Shown: in pieces, positions 1 to 8,364 of the stretch | Layout: the number at the start of each line of letters is the position of its first letter | Numbering within the stretch: position 1 is the stretch's first letter | Assembly (NCBI GenBank): GCA_963845535.1 | Contig: CAWJSK010000013.1 | Coordinates: forward strand, 32,001-96,000 | Length of the DNA stretch: 64,000 bases | Reading direction: 5' to 3' | Source: an uncultured Spirochaetota bacterium | Lineage (GTDB): Bacteria; Spirochaetota; Spirochaetia; SZUA-6; Fen-1364 | The notes under the pieces: model-generated | Database searches by the model: none | What the model was told of the DNA's origin: nothing | The model's input: only the letters and a program-made list of their open reading frames with translations | Translations under genes and position numbers: made by a program

Positions 1-540
1 TGTGAGCAGGCCGTGCCCCGAGACCTCGAGAGCGGGCTCATTCGGTCCGCAGGCTGCGATAAGTATTCTCCCGGCCCCAGCTATTCCTAGTAGCGGGTCA
101 CTGGGATCACGAGAAGCAGGACTGTCGTCCAGAACTCGCGCAGGAGCGGCTCCACTGAAGCAACAGTCAAGCACACAAAGGACGGCTCGAGCGGGCGATC
201 GGCGGAAGTAGTCGCCGAGAACGTTCATGGGCAGTGTGGTAGAAAGCAGGTTCGAATGATCTGTGTCATAAATTACGAGGCGATGATCGCGCGTACCATG
301 GCCAGCGAATGTAACGAGTGCGGTGTCATCGGGACCGGCGCCAAGAAGTGTATCCTCCAGAAGACCGACCACTGCGGACTGGGTAGCCTGCTCATCAACG
401 AGCAACCGCCCCGCCGGCACACCAATCGTGTCGGAGAACAGTGCGTGCAACGCCACAGCGTCAAGCCTGGCGGCGGCCAATTCACGGATACTAGGGTCTT
501 GATGCCTATCGATTCCAATAAAGACCGGCCTGAATGCCAT
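1..540 (-). CDS. Caspase-like peptidase C14 domain protein; N-terminal 180 aa only, continues off the left edge
   Basis: Hand-translated, absent from the ORF track. ATG at 540, open to position 1: MAFRPVFIGIDRHQD...TFAGHGT...LCVLDCCFSG...ALEVSGHGLLT. His81/Cys127 dyad in C14 context; G-rich RBS upstream. Confidence 0.9.
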   Translation of the reverse strand, partial: MAFRPVFIGIDRHQDPSIRELAAARLDAVALHALFSDTIGVPAGRLLVDEQATQSAVVGLLEDTLLGAGPDDTALVTFAGHGTRDHRLVIYDTDHSNLLSTTLPMNVLGDYFRRSPARAVLCVLDCCFSGAAPARVLDDSPASRDPSDPLLGIAGAGRILIAACGPNEPALEVSGHGLLT

Positions 541-663
541 TACGCCCCCTCAGCACGCAGCATTGTGGTCTATCCAGTCGGCCACCTTCTTTGGAAAGCC
601 GATCGGGTGCCGTTGAGCACGTGGAGACCGTGCTTGAGCACTGACCTGTCGCGCGGCGTGTGT

Positions 664-837
664 CTATTTCTCTCTGGTCACGCCTTTGTAGGGCTTTCCG
701 TCATCCTTCTGCGAGATGAACCGACCGTCTGACCGGTCTCTCTTGATCCAACGGTCGATCTTGTCGTTCTTGACTTGAGAACGATCTCTGACCGCTCCGT
801 TCCTGTGATTGTCGCCCTCGGGAGGATTAGTTGCCAT
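664..837 (-). CDS. 57-aa basic hypothetical microprotein
   Basis: MATNPPEGDNHRNGAVRDRSQV...KRDRSDGRFISQKDDGKPYKGVTREK. AGGAG RBS just upstream of ATG 837. Confidence 0.8.
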   Translation of the reverse strand: MATNPPEGDNHRNGAVRDRSQVKNDKIDRWIKRDRSDGRFISQKDDGKPYKGVTREK

Positions 838-850
838 GGTAATCTCCTTG

Positions 851-886
851 GTTGACAAGATACAGAATCTATGTATATTTGTCAAC
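851..886. promoter_or_regulatory. Palindromic operator with overlapping divergent sigma70-type promoters
   Basis: GTTGACAAGATACA...TGTATATTTGTCAAC, giving a TTGACA on each strand with TATATT / TATCTT at 16-17 nt spacing. Confidence 0.7.
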
Positions 887-898
887 AAGGGGGCCGAG

Positions 899-1960
899 AT
901 GAGCTTCGGTGAGAGGCTGCGGGCTGCTCGCGCCATGGCGGGCTTGTCCCAGGAGGAGCTGTCTGCACGCATGGGCGGCAAGGTGACCAAACAGGCCATC
1001 AGCAAGTACGAAAAGGGCTTGATGATGCCGGAGGCGAGCACCACACTAATCGCTCTGTCGGATGCGTTGGCGGTCTCCGTCGACTATTTCTTTCGGACTG
1101 TGTCACGGGAACCTCTGGAGTTGTACTACCGGAAACGTGCCAGCGTAGGCGCAAAGGCCAAGAACGCTCTCATAGAAAAGGTGCGCGACAGGTTGGAGCG
1201 GTACCAAGAGCTCGAGGAGTTGCTGGGAGCTCATTCGAAGTTCGAGATCCCCGGCGGCAATCTCGATCTTAGCACCGCCGGCGGCGCGCAGGCCTCGGCC
1301 AGGGCCGTCCGCCAGAGCTGGGGCGTCGGCTCAGAGCAGCCAGTTTCCAGCGTGACTCGACTTTGCGAGGACAAGGGTCTTCGACTTGTCGGGCTGGAAC
1401 GAATACCTGGATTCGACGGAATGGCAGGCTATTACGCGCGCAGTCCTTTCGTGGCTATCGCCTCGGACCTGCCGAATGACAGGATCCGCTTCACGTTGCT
1501 GCACGAGCTTGCGCATATCCTGGGCTGGCGTAGGGATCAAGCACGGCCTGGGGATGAGAAGGCCTGTCATGCTTTCGCTTCGGAGTTCCTTCTTCCCGAA
1601 GAGGTCCTGCGCAGGGAACTTTCGGAGCGCGTTCGCCATTCGATAGCAATCCCGGAACTGTTGCAACTCAAGGAGAAGTTCGGGATTTCCATGCAGGCTA
1701 TTCTTTTCCGGGCGAATACGGCCGGCATACTGACGGATAGCGGGTATCGTGCCATTCTGCGTGAATTCGGTACGCGAGGGTGGCGCAAGAACGAGCCCGG
1801 GTCGGTACCTGCCGTTGAGAAGCCCCTGCGATTTGAGCGCTTGTTGTTCAGGGCGATCGCCGAAGATGCGATAAGCATGAGCAAAGCAGCCTCGCTCTCT
1901 CTTGTCTCCCTCAATGAGCTGAGGCGGCGTCTGAGGGGAGACGATGCTGCTCGCGATTAG
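899..1960 (+). CDS. XRE HTH fused to ImmA/IrrE (peptidase M78) metalloprotease
   Basis: N-terminal FGERLRAAR..LSQEELS HTH; RFTLLHELAH HExxH; CHAFASEFLLP motif. Confidence 0.93.
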   Translation: MSFGERLRAARAMAGLSQEELSARMGGKVTKQAISKYEKGLMMPEASTTLIALSDALAVSVDYFFRTVSREPLELYYRKRASVGAKAKNALIEKVRDRLERYQELEELLGAHSKFEIPGGNLDLSTAGGAQASARAVRQSWGVGSEQPVSSVTRLCEDKGLRLVGLERIPGFDGMAGYYARSPFVAIASDLPNDRIRFTLLHELAHILGWRRDQARPGDEKACHAFASEFLLPEEVLRRELSERVRHSIAIPELLQLKEKFGISMQAILFRANTAGILTDSGYRAILREFGTRGWRKNEPGSVPAVEKPLRFERLLFRAIAEDAISMSKAASLSLVSLNELRRRLRGDDAARD

Positions 1961-2441
1961 CGACGCAAGCGTCCTCGTAGACATGGCAGATAGCAACCTC
2001 CTGGGGCCTCTCACCAAGCTACCCTACCGGTTCGTGGTGCCGGACTTTGTTGCCAGGGAGATTACCAGAAATGAGCAAAGAGCGATCGTCGACAGGCTGG
2101 TGGGTACAAAGAAGCTTTCAGTCCTCAAAGCTTCGGGTGATGACCTTCGGCTTATCGAGGCGTTGCTCCAAGACCACCCGGCGCTCTCATTTGCAGATTG
2201 CTCGGTTGTAATTCTTGCAGAGCGCCATAGGGCGTTGATACTCACCAATGATTCTCGGATGCGGAGGATCTCCGAGCGCCCGCGCCTGACCTGCCACGGC
2301 ACGTTATGGATTATCGGGCAGCTCGTGCAGGAAAAAGTCATTACGGCTGAGCGCGCACGACGCGCTCTCCTTTTGTTGATCGAGGCAAACGCACGATTGC
2401 CGAAAGCTGAGTTCGACCGTCTCCTTCGGGGGCTCGAGTGA
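1944..2441 (+). CDS. PIN-domain protein (DUF3368-like), partner of XRE-ImmA
   Basis: ISDASVLVD, LSFADCS, ILTNDSRMR, HGTLWI motifs; overlaps the upstream stop. Confidence 0.85.
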   Translation: MLLAISDASVLVDMADSNLLGPLTKLPYRFVVPDFVAREITRNEQRAIVDRLVGTKKLSVLKASGDDLRLIEALLQDHPALSFADCSVVILAERHRALILTNDSRMRRISERPRLTCHGTLWIIGQLVQEKVITAERARRALLLLIEANARLPKAEFDRLLRGLE

Positions 2442-2466
2442 CGATTCAAGCTGAGAGTGCAGAATT

Positions 2467-2624
2467 GCGTGAGCGGGCGGAGGGGCGCGAAGCGGTCCGA
2501 GCGCTTCCACGGTACTCCGTGGAGTTGCGAGGACGGAACCCCCGCAGCAGACAACCCGCCCGAAGTCGTATGGGGCCGCGCTTTTGATGGCGCGGCCCGC
2601 GCGCCCTCGGGCGGGGCACGCCCA
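2467..2624 (+). repeat. Structured GC-rich repeat, copy A (Flavo-1-like family)
   Basis: GCGTGAG start; CCCGCCCGA/TCGGGCGGG stem; GGGGCACGCCCA end shared with other copies. Confidence 0.7.
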
Positions 2625-2801
2625 GGTCCGTTTCCGCGGAAACGCCGCAAATATAGAAAGAAGAGCCCCACATTCTAGATTCCCTGGGAACCGGCCAAAC
2701 AAGGCAGGGCCAGACCAGGTTCGGACCTTCATGACTGCACGCGCTGGCTGTCCGCAACGGCGGGAGATTGACGAGTAATCTAAAAAAGGTTACCCGCGGT
2801 C

Positions 2802-3059
2802 ATGTATAAAGTTCTGCTGACCAAGAAATGCTTGGGCGAATGGAGCGCTTGCCCGTGGGCATACAGCAGAAGCTTGGTGTATTGGGACCTGCGGGACAAT
2901 GGTCCCCTTCAGCCCCTGTGGCCCAATTTCAGTAGATTGAGTCATAACAAGTACCACTGCCATCTTTCGCACAAATGGGTGGCATGCTGGCAACACGAGG
3001 AGGGCTCTCTACGGATAGAGGTGTACTATGCTGGCAGTCGTGAAAACGGCTCATATTAA
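2802..3059 (+). CDS. RelE/HigB-like toxin, N-terminal part possibly degraded
   Basis: DLRDNGPLQPLWPNFSRL..YHCHLSHKWVACW..IEVYYAGSREN; overlaps the downstream HTH gene. Confidence 0.6.
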   Translation: MYKVLLTKKCLGEWSACPWAYSRSLVYWDLRDNGPLQPLWPNFSRLSHNKYHCHLSHKWVACWQHEEGSLRIEVYYAGSRENGSY

Positions 3060-3396
3060 GATTCACATCAAGGGGAATATCCCGAGCCGAATCGTCGTCG
3101 CTCTCAAGAAGGAGTAGGGCAACAAGGTCCAGTTGACCACAGAAGACGGTGACCAGTTGGTCGATGTGTTCGAGACCAGCTGGTACAAGCGTGTACGGAA
3201 GACCCTTACGCCAGGCAGGAATCTGAAGATCTATCGGCAAAACATGGCACTGACTCAGGAGCAGTTGGGAGCGAAGCTTGGCGGTCTGCGGAAGCAGTTC
3301 GTATCGAACATGGAGAGTGGGATTCGTCCAATCAGCAAGAGGACTGCCATCAAGCTGGGAAAGCTCTTCAAGGTCTCCGTAGCCAGGTTCATATAA
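3028..3396 (+). pseudogene. HigA-like XRE antitoxin with an in-frame TAG at 3115-3117
   Basis: ATG 3028 MLAVVKTAHIK...KKE*GNKVQL continues in frame into ORF 3133..3396 (PGRNLKIYRQNMALTQEQLG HTH). Confidence 0.75.
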
Positions 3397-3479
3397 GCTC
3401 CTCATCCGATCACCCCAAGCACGGCGGCCATTCTCGCCGTACTTCCTGGTGTTGTGCATGACTCTCTTGATGAATGCCT

Positions 3480-3600
3480 GCAGGAAGACGTCCTTCTGCC
3501 CAAGTTTCTGTCGGTCAGGGACAACCATTCCGGCTATATTGCGCCTCACAGCTTCGCAACGTTATCCATCCGTACACGGGACGCCGGCATCTCAGGAACC
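3480..3600 (+). pseudogene. Miniature, internally deleted copy of the tyrosine recombinase at 7.4-8.3 kb
   Basis: EDVLLPKFLSVRDNHSGYIAP matches the recombinase N-terminus (EEVFLSRFLSVRDSYASHISP) and joins directly to HSFATLSIR. 3576-3600 matches 8330-8354 at 24/25 nt. Confidence 0.8.
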
Positions 3601-3773
3601 GGGCGGCTGAGAAGGAAGGGACATTGGCTGAGGAGTCAAGAGATGAGAGTCCTGATGGCAGGCCATACGCTGCGACGCTTGCGGGCACAAGCAGCAAGAC
3701 GGCGAAGCTGTAGTATTCCAGCATCTGAATCCGTTCTTGACGGAAGCTCGGAGGAGCGATTAGCCTTATGGTG

Positions 3774-3971
3774 ATGGAATACAGGGTGGTCTTGGTCCAA
3801 TCCGAAGAAGGTTTCGCGGTAAGCTGCCCGGCGCTTCGTGGCTGTCACTCGCAAGGCTCTACGATGGATGAGGCGCTGGAAAACATCAAATTGGCAATCC
3901 GGGAGTGGCTGGATGCCGAATCGGAAGAGAAATCGAAACTCTCCGTGATAGAACGGATCGTCACCGTATAA
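3774..3971 (+). CDS. hicB: HicB antitoxin (short form); start may be 3768
   Basis: YRVVLVQSEEGFAVSCPALRGCHSQGSTMDEALENIKLAI. Confidence 0.9.
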   Translation: MEYRVVLVQSEEGFAVSCPALRGCHSQGSTMDEALENIKLAIREWLDAESEEKSKLSVIERIVTV

Positions 3972-3975
3972 CCCC

Positions 3976-4191
3976 ATGCCGAAGATTCCCGGCATCAGCG
4001 CGGATCAGGCAATCCGTGCCTTCATGAAAGCCGGCTTCGTGATATTGCGCCAGGGCAGCCATATCGTGATGTCAAACGGACATGTGCGTCTGACCATTCC
4101 CCGTCACAACCCGATCAACGCCTACACCATGGGCGCTATCGCGGAGGATGCCGGGCTCAGCCCCGAATCGTTCAAAAGTCTACTTCGCTGA
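3976..4191 (+). CDS. hicA: HicA mRNA interferase toxin
   Basis: AFMKAGFVILRQGSHIVM..LTIPRHNPI. Confidence 0.9.
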   Translation: MPKIPGISADQAIRAFMKAGFVILRQGSHIVMSNGHVRLTIPRHNPINAYTMGAIAEDAGLSPESFKSLLR

Positions 4192-4270
4192 AGGACTTTC
4201 TGCTCAAAACGTCAGATCTCAATGTCGTATTCGGGCCGCTTTGGAACAAAGGCAGTCGGAGCCCTATTTC

Positions 4271-4511
4271 TCGCTGCTCACTGCCGCGTGAGCGCGCGGA
4301 GGGGCCGCGGCGCAGCCCTGAGGCGGTACGCGAGTACGCGTTCGGAACCCCCCGCAGCGCGCGACCCGCACGGCGTACCCGCCGAACGCGTACTCGCGTA
4401 CGCCCCCGGGAGAGGCCATGCGCGCACTCCGGAAGCGCTGCGGCGGCCTGTGGCCGCACGTTGGTGCGGGAGTACCCGCTCGGCGGGTACGCTGTGCGGG
4501 GCACGCCCAAC
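4271..4511 (+). repeat. Structured repeat, copy B (expanded)
   Basis: TCGCTGCTCAC..GCGTGAG start; 21-bp stem 4365-4385/4480-4500 with one G.T pair; GGGGCACGCCCAAC end. Confidence 0.8.
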
Positions 4512-4990
4512 AGGAGCTTTCCGCTATGCGGAAAAGGCGGCGCGCCGGCACGGCCATCGCGGCCTTGTTCCTGTCTGGAAATCGACGCCGGAAGGGAAAA
4601 GATGCGGCACGGCTCCTGCACCTGGGCATTGTCATATGCGCGGGCCCGGCGGTGTCAAGTGCCCTTATACGATAGGGCGGGTTCGGGCTCCCATCCATGC
4701 TTCAATTCCGTACAGCAGTGTCTGCCGAATTTTTGGCGCCAACGCCTCACTATGCTTGCGACTCTCAGGATACTCGTCACCGATTTGTGCGCCGATTATC
4801 CCAGTTCGGCAAGGAAGCCGCTCGTCTCGTCGGTCTGCAATCGGGCGGTATGTTGTAGCCGTTTCCAATGGCGACAAGACATGCACAAGGCGGCAATCAG
4901 AGCCGAAGCGTCCAGACGTCCCATCTCGTCAGACTCTTCCACAGGGGGGTATTATGCAACCGAGCGTAGGAGGCCGGGCGCCGCGGTGCG

Positions 4991-6532
4991 TCACTCGTAG
5001 TGCTTGAGGCCCGACCAGTCGATCGGAACTTTGAGCCCTTTTACCACGACAATGGGCAGGTTGGTTTCATACGGCATTGCGTAAGGGCTGTCCTGCCAGG
5101 CTGCCACAGTCACTTCCCGAAATTCCTTGCGCAGCTCTTCCCGGTTGTCCGATAAGAGGATGACCACGCTGAGGTCATGACCCTTTGGTCCCCACAGGTA
5201 ATAGCTGTTGTGACCGCTGATTGCGGGCGGAAGGCCAAGGGGACGTCCAAAGATGTCGATTGCCGCGGCTTCTCCATAGTTGCGGCCAAAGAACACCGCT
5301 TTTGCCTGCTCCTCAGGAGGAAGAGCTTTGTAGACTGCGGCAACTTTTTCAGCCAATTGCTTCCAGCCGAACATGTCCGCGAAGTACTGCGGCAGCACGC
5401 CCAACGTCAGGTGCTCCGATGCGCTCGCTGACGGAGAGAGTTTCAGCGCTTTCGCGTACTGAATGAAAGTCGTGACAGGAAGAACGGGAACGGTAAGCGG
5501 CACCAGAAGCAGGGAGACCGCGGCCAGCACGGAGGTGTATGCAGCGCGCACTGCCGTGCTTCGTACTTTCCATTCAATCCAGACAGCGCCACCGGCGAAA
5601 AATAGCGGGTAGATGGAGGACATGTAGTAGTCCTTCCCGTGAAGGACCACGACAAGAGCGAGCATCGCGATGTACGCCACGGAAAACGCCCGATAGGCGG
5701 CAAACCGCGGTTTGATGCCAAAGCCCCACAGCCCGGCTAGCCAGACCGGGAGCGCCAGCGGTCCTGCCAGCAGCACTTCCCGCGCCAGGAGCGCAAGGGG
5801 AGAAAGGACGATGTTCTTCCCGCTTGCGCCGTGCATCGCCAGCTCGATGAAAGGCCAGCCGTGCTGGTACTGCCACAGGAGGTTTGGCGACATGATGGCA
5901 AGGGCCACCAGCACGCCCACCCAGATCCAGGGCCGCAGGAATGAACGACGGAGCGGGGTTGCAAGGATGCCGATGAGAATCGTGGCAACGTACAGGCCGA
6001 TCAGGTACTTGCTAAGAAAACTGATTCCGACAATGGCGCCGAAGGCAAGCCACCACTTCTCGTTCTTTGTCCGCACCAGTCTGATGATGCACCAGGAGCA
6101 GCCCAGCCAGGTGAGCGGCTGCAGCACATCGGTGGTGAAAAGCGTGCCATCTGCCAGCAGAGTGCTGCATCCGAACGCGGAGAGGCCTGCCAGGGACTGC
6201 GCAAACCGGCCGCCTCCAAGGGTCCGGGCAAACTCCGCCGTAAGGGCAACTGTCACGGCCATCACGACCGCCGGGAACAACGTGAACACGAAGTTCGATC
6301 CGCCGGAAATGTCCCACATGAATCGGGCCAGCAAGGGGACAAGAGGGGGCTGGTCAACGTATCCCCACGCCGGCCTCTGGCCGCACACGATGAAGTACAG
6401 CGCGTCCCGGAAGAACCCATAGCGGCCGCCTGCCGCAAGGTGGATGGCCAGGGTTGCCAGCCCCAGGACGATGGAAGGGCGGAGGAGCGACCTCCACGAG
6501 AAACCGTGGTATTCAAGCTCTTGCGTACCCAT
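4991..6532 (-). CDS. GT-C membrane glycosyltransferase (ArnT/PMT, GT39-like)
   Basis: YGFFRDALY..WGYVDQPPL motif, many TM segments, SKY motif. Confidence 0.88.
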   Translation of the reverse strand: MGTQELEYHGFSWRSLLRPSIVLGLATLAIHLAAGGRYGFFRDALYFIVCGQRPAWGYVDQPPLVPLLARFMWDISGGSNFVFTLFPAVVMAVTVALTAEFARTLGGGRFAQSLAGLSAFGCSTLLADGTLFTTDVLQPLTWLGCSWCIIRLVRTKNEKWWLAFGAIVGISFLSKYLIGLYVATILIGILATPLRRSFLRPWIWVGVLVALAIMSPNLLWQYQHGWPFIELAMHGASGKNIVLSPLALLAREVLLAGPLALPVWLAGLWGFGIKPRFAAYRAFSVAYIAMLALVVVLHGKDYYMSSIYPLFFAGGAVWIEWKVRSTAVRAAYTSVLAAVSLLLVPLTVPVLPVTTFIQYAKALKLSPSASASEHLTLGVLPQYFADMFGWKQLAEKVAAVYKALPPEEQAKAVFFGRNYGEAAAIDIFGRPLGLPPAISGHNSYYLWGPKGHDLSVVILLSDNREELRKEFREVTVAAWQDSPYAMPYETNLPIVVVKGLKVPIDWSGLKHYE

Positions 6533-6668
6533 AATCAAGGTTGAACACCAAAAGGCGGCAAATCAGTCCCGCATGCGGAACGCCCAGCTCGTATTCCCCC
6601 TTGAGGGAGGACCGGCCTTGTCTCCCTGTTGAGCGGTGTATACTATGTATAAACATGAGGTTGTGGCA

Positions 6669-6911
6669 GTGAAGGCGAAGGTCCAGAAGTGGGGGAATAG
6701 TCTGGGTATCCGTATTCCGCGGGCCCTCGCCGTGGAGGTGGGGGTGGATTCCGAGTCGATCGTTGATATCTCCATCAATGATGGAGATATCATCATCACA
6801 CCGGGCAAGCAGAGACCCCCGTCTCTCCGCAGGTTGCTCGCAAAGGTGACCGCAGAGAACCTCCATGAGGAAATCTTGACGGGTGATGCGGCCGGGAGAG
6901 AGCTCTGGTGA
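6669..6911 (+). CDS. mazE: AbrB/MazE antitoxin
   Basis: KVQKWGNSLGIRIP; GAGG RBS before GTG 6669. Confidence 0.92.
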   Translation: MKAKVQKWGNSLGIRIPRALAVEVGVDSESIVDISINDGDIIITPGKQRPPSLRRLLAKVTAENLHEEILTGDAAGRELW

Positions 6912-7249
6912 GGCCCGTGGGATTCGTCCCTTCGCGCGGCGACGTTGTTTGGCTGCAATTCGCTCCACAGGTCGGTCATGAGCAGTCCGGACGCCGGCCG
7001 GCGGTCATCGTTTCCCCTTCGACCTACAATCGCGTGGTCGGTTTGTGCCTCTGTTGTCCTGTCACGAGCCATGTCAAGGGATACCCCTTCGAGGTGGAGT
7101 TGCCCGCCGGTTTGGAGGTCTCCGGTGCAGTTCTTTGTGACCAACTCAAGAGTCTGGACTGGAGCGCTCGAGGCGCCACGCTGATAGGAAAGCTGCCTGC
7201 CAGCTCGGTGAGGCTAATGCAGGCCAGGATAATCGCGCTCATTCAGTGA
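6908..7249 (+). CDS. mazF: MazF/PemK endoribonuclease toxin
   Basis: PSRGDVVWLQFAPQVGHEQSGRRPAVIVSP..KGYPFEV; GTGA overlap. Confidence 0.93.
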   Translation: MRPVGFVPSRGDVVWLQFAPQVGHEQSGRRPAVIVSPSTYNRVVGLCLCCPVTSHVKGYPFEVELPAGLEVSGAVLCDQLKSLDWSARGATLIGKLPASSVRLMQARIIALIQ

Positions 7250-7425
7250 GAGCCAGGCGTCGAGTTGGAGAGACAGCGGGCAAAGTGACCAGCGAAACGT
7301 AGGCGCCGCCGCCTGCGCACGTCCAGATCCGTGACAGGCAGCGTTTTTCTGGCGGACATCTACCAGATTTCACCGATGCAATTCAGGCATCAATTCCCCT
7401 CGTATCTCATAGATGGAGGTCACGC

Positions 7426-8305
7426 CTGCGCTCGCTGAGTGATCCAGCACCGGAGGAAGTTTTTCTCTCCCGGTTTCTGTCGGTCAGAGACAGCTACGCC
7501 AGCCATATTTCGCCCTTCGTGAGCTACCTCCGGAGCAACCACATGAGCCTGAACCTGGATGCGGTCCGGGCATACTTCAAACATCTCAACACTCTCCCTC
7601 TGGCTGCCAGGACAAAGTGCACGCGCCGCCAGGCTGTGAAGGCGCGGCTTCGGGCAACGCTCAGCAGCACGGACTTCAACCGGCAGGCAAGGCTGGAAAT
7701 GACGCTTCGCTCCCTGGACCACGACAGTGAAACCAAGGCTCCAGGATTCGTCATGTCAGGCGTTGCGGAAGAACGTATTGTCACACGGGAGCAATTTGAC
7801 CGCCTGGTGTCCGGCACCTCGAAACGGACCGCGTTGTTCCTGTGGTTTCTTTATAACACTGGCTGCCGAGTGGCGGAAATGTGCGGCGCCCGGTTGGACA
7901 AGTGTGAAGACCTTGGGGATATGGTCAGGCTGACGATTATCGGGAAAGGAAACAAGGAGCGGAAGGTCGATATCGAGAAGTCTCTCTTCGACGCTATTCG
8001 TGCAGTCTTCCCTTCAGATGAGTATCTCTTTCAGACCAAAGGCGGGAAGCCCTATCGCACAACCTACGTGAGCTACGAAATCATTAAAGCCGGCAAGCGG
8101 ATTCTCGGGCGCCGGATCTCGGCTCGATTGTATGAGGCATAGCTTCGCGACGTTATCCATCCGTGAGGGTGCATCAATCAAGGCAGTCTCGAAATACCTC
8201 GGGCACAGCTCCACCGCAATCACCATGGATATGTACGTGCACGAAAAGCTTGAGAAAACACAAAAAGTTCGAAGGCCGTTCGCCCCTGACGGGCCTGCGG
8301 AATAG
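7426..8305 (+). CDS. Xer-like tyrosine recombinase; +1 frameshift near 8126, start uncertain
   Basis: YNTGCRVAE, GKGNKER. Removing one G gives ISAHCMRHSFAT..YLGHSSTAITMDMYVH, i.e. a full R-K-HxxR-H-Y set. Stop TAG at 8303-8305. Confidence 0.85.
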
Positions 8306-8364
8306 AGTTTTGCTGGGCACTGCTCCGATACGGGACGCCGGCATCCCAGGAACCACCCGCCTTA

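Noticed and set aside
256..732. 158-aa Cys-rich + strand ORF, and ORF 273..518 on the minus strand
   Set aside because: Both overlap the caspase-like gene, which has the convincing motifs.
3115..3117. Pyrrolysine or amber recoding
   Set aside because: An isolated case. TAG is used as a normal stop elsewhere and no pyl genes are present.
4172..5007. Overlapping Arg/Ala/Gly-rich ORFs
   Set aside because: Products of GC-rich repeat B and adjacent intergenic DNA; no family motifs.
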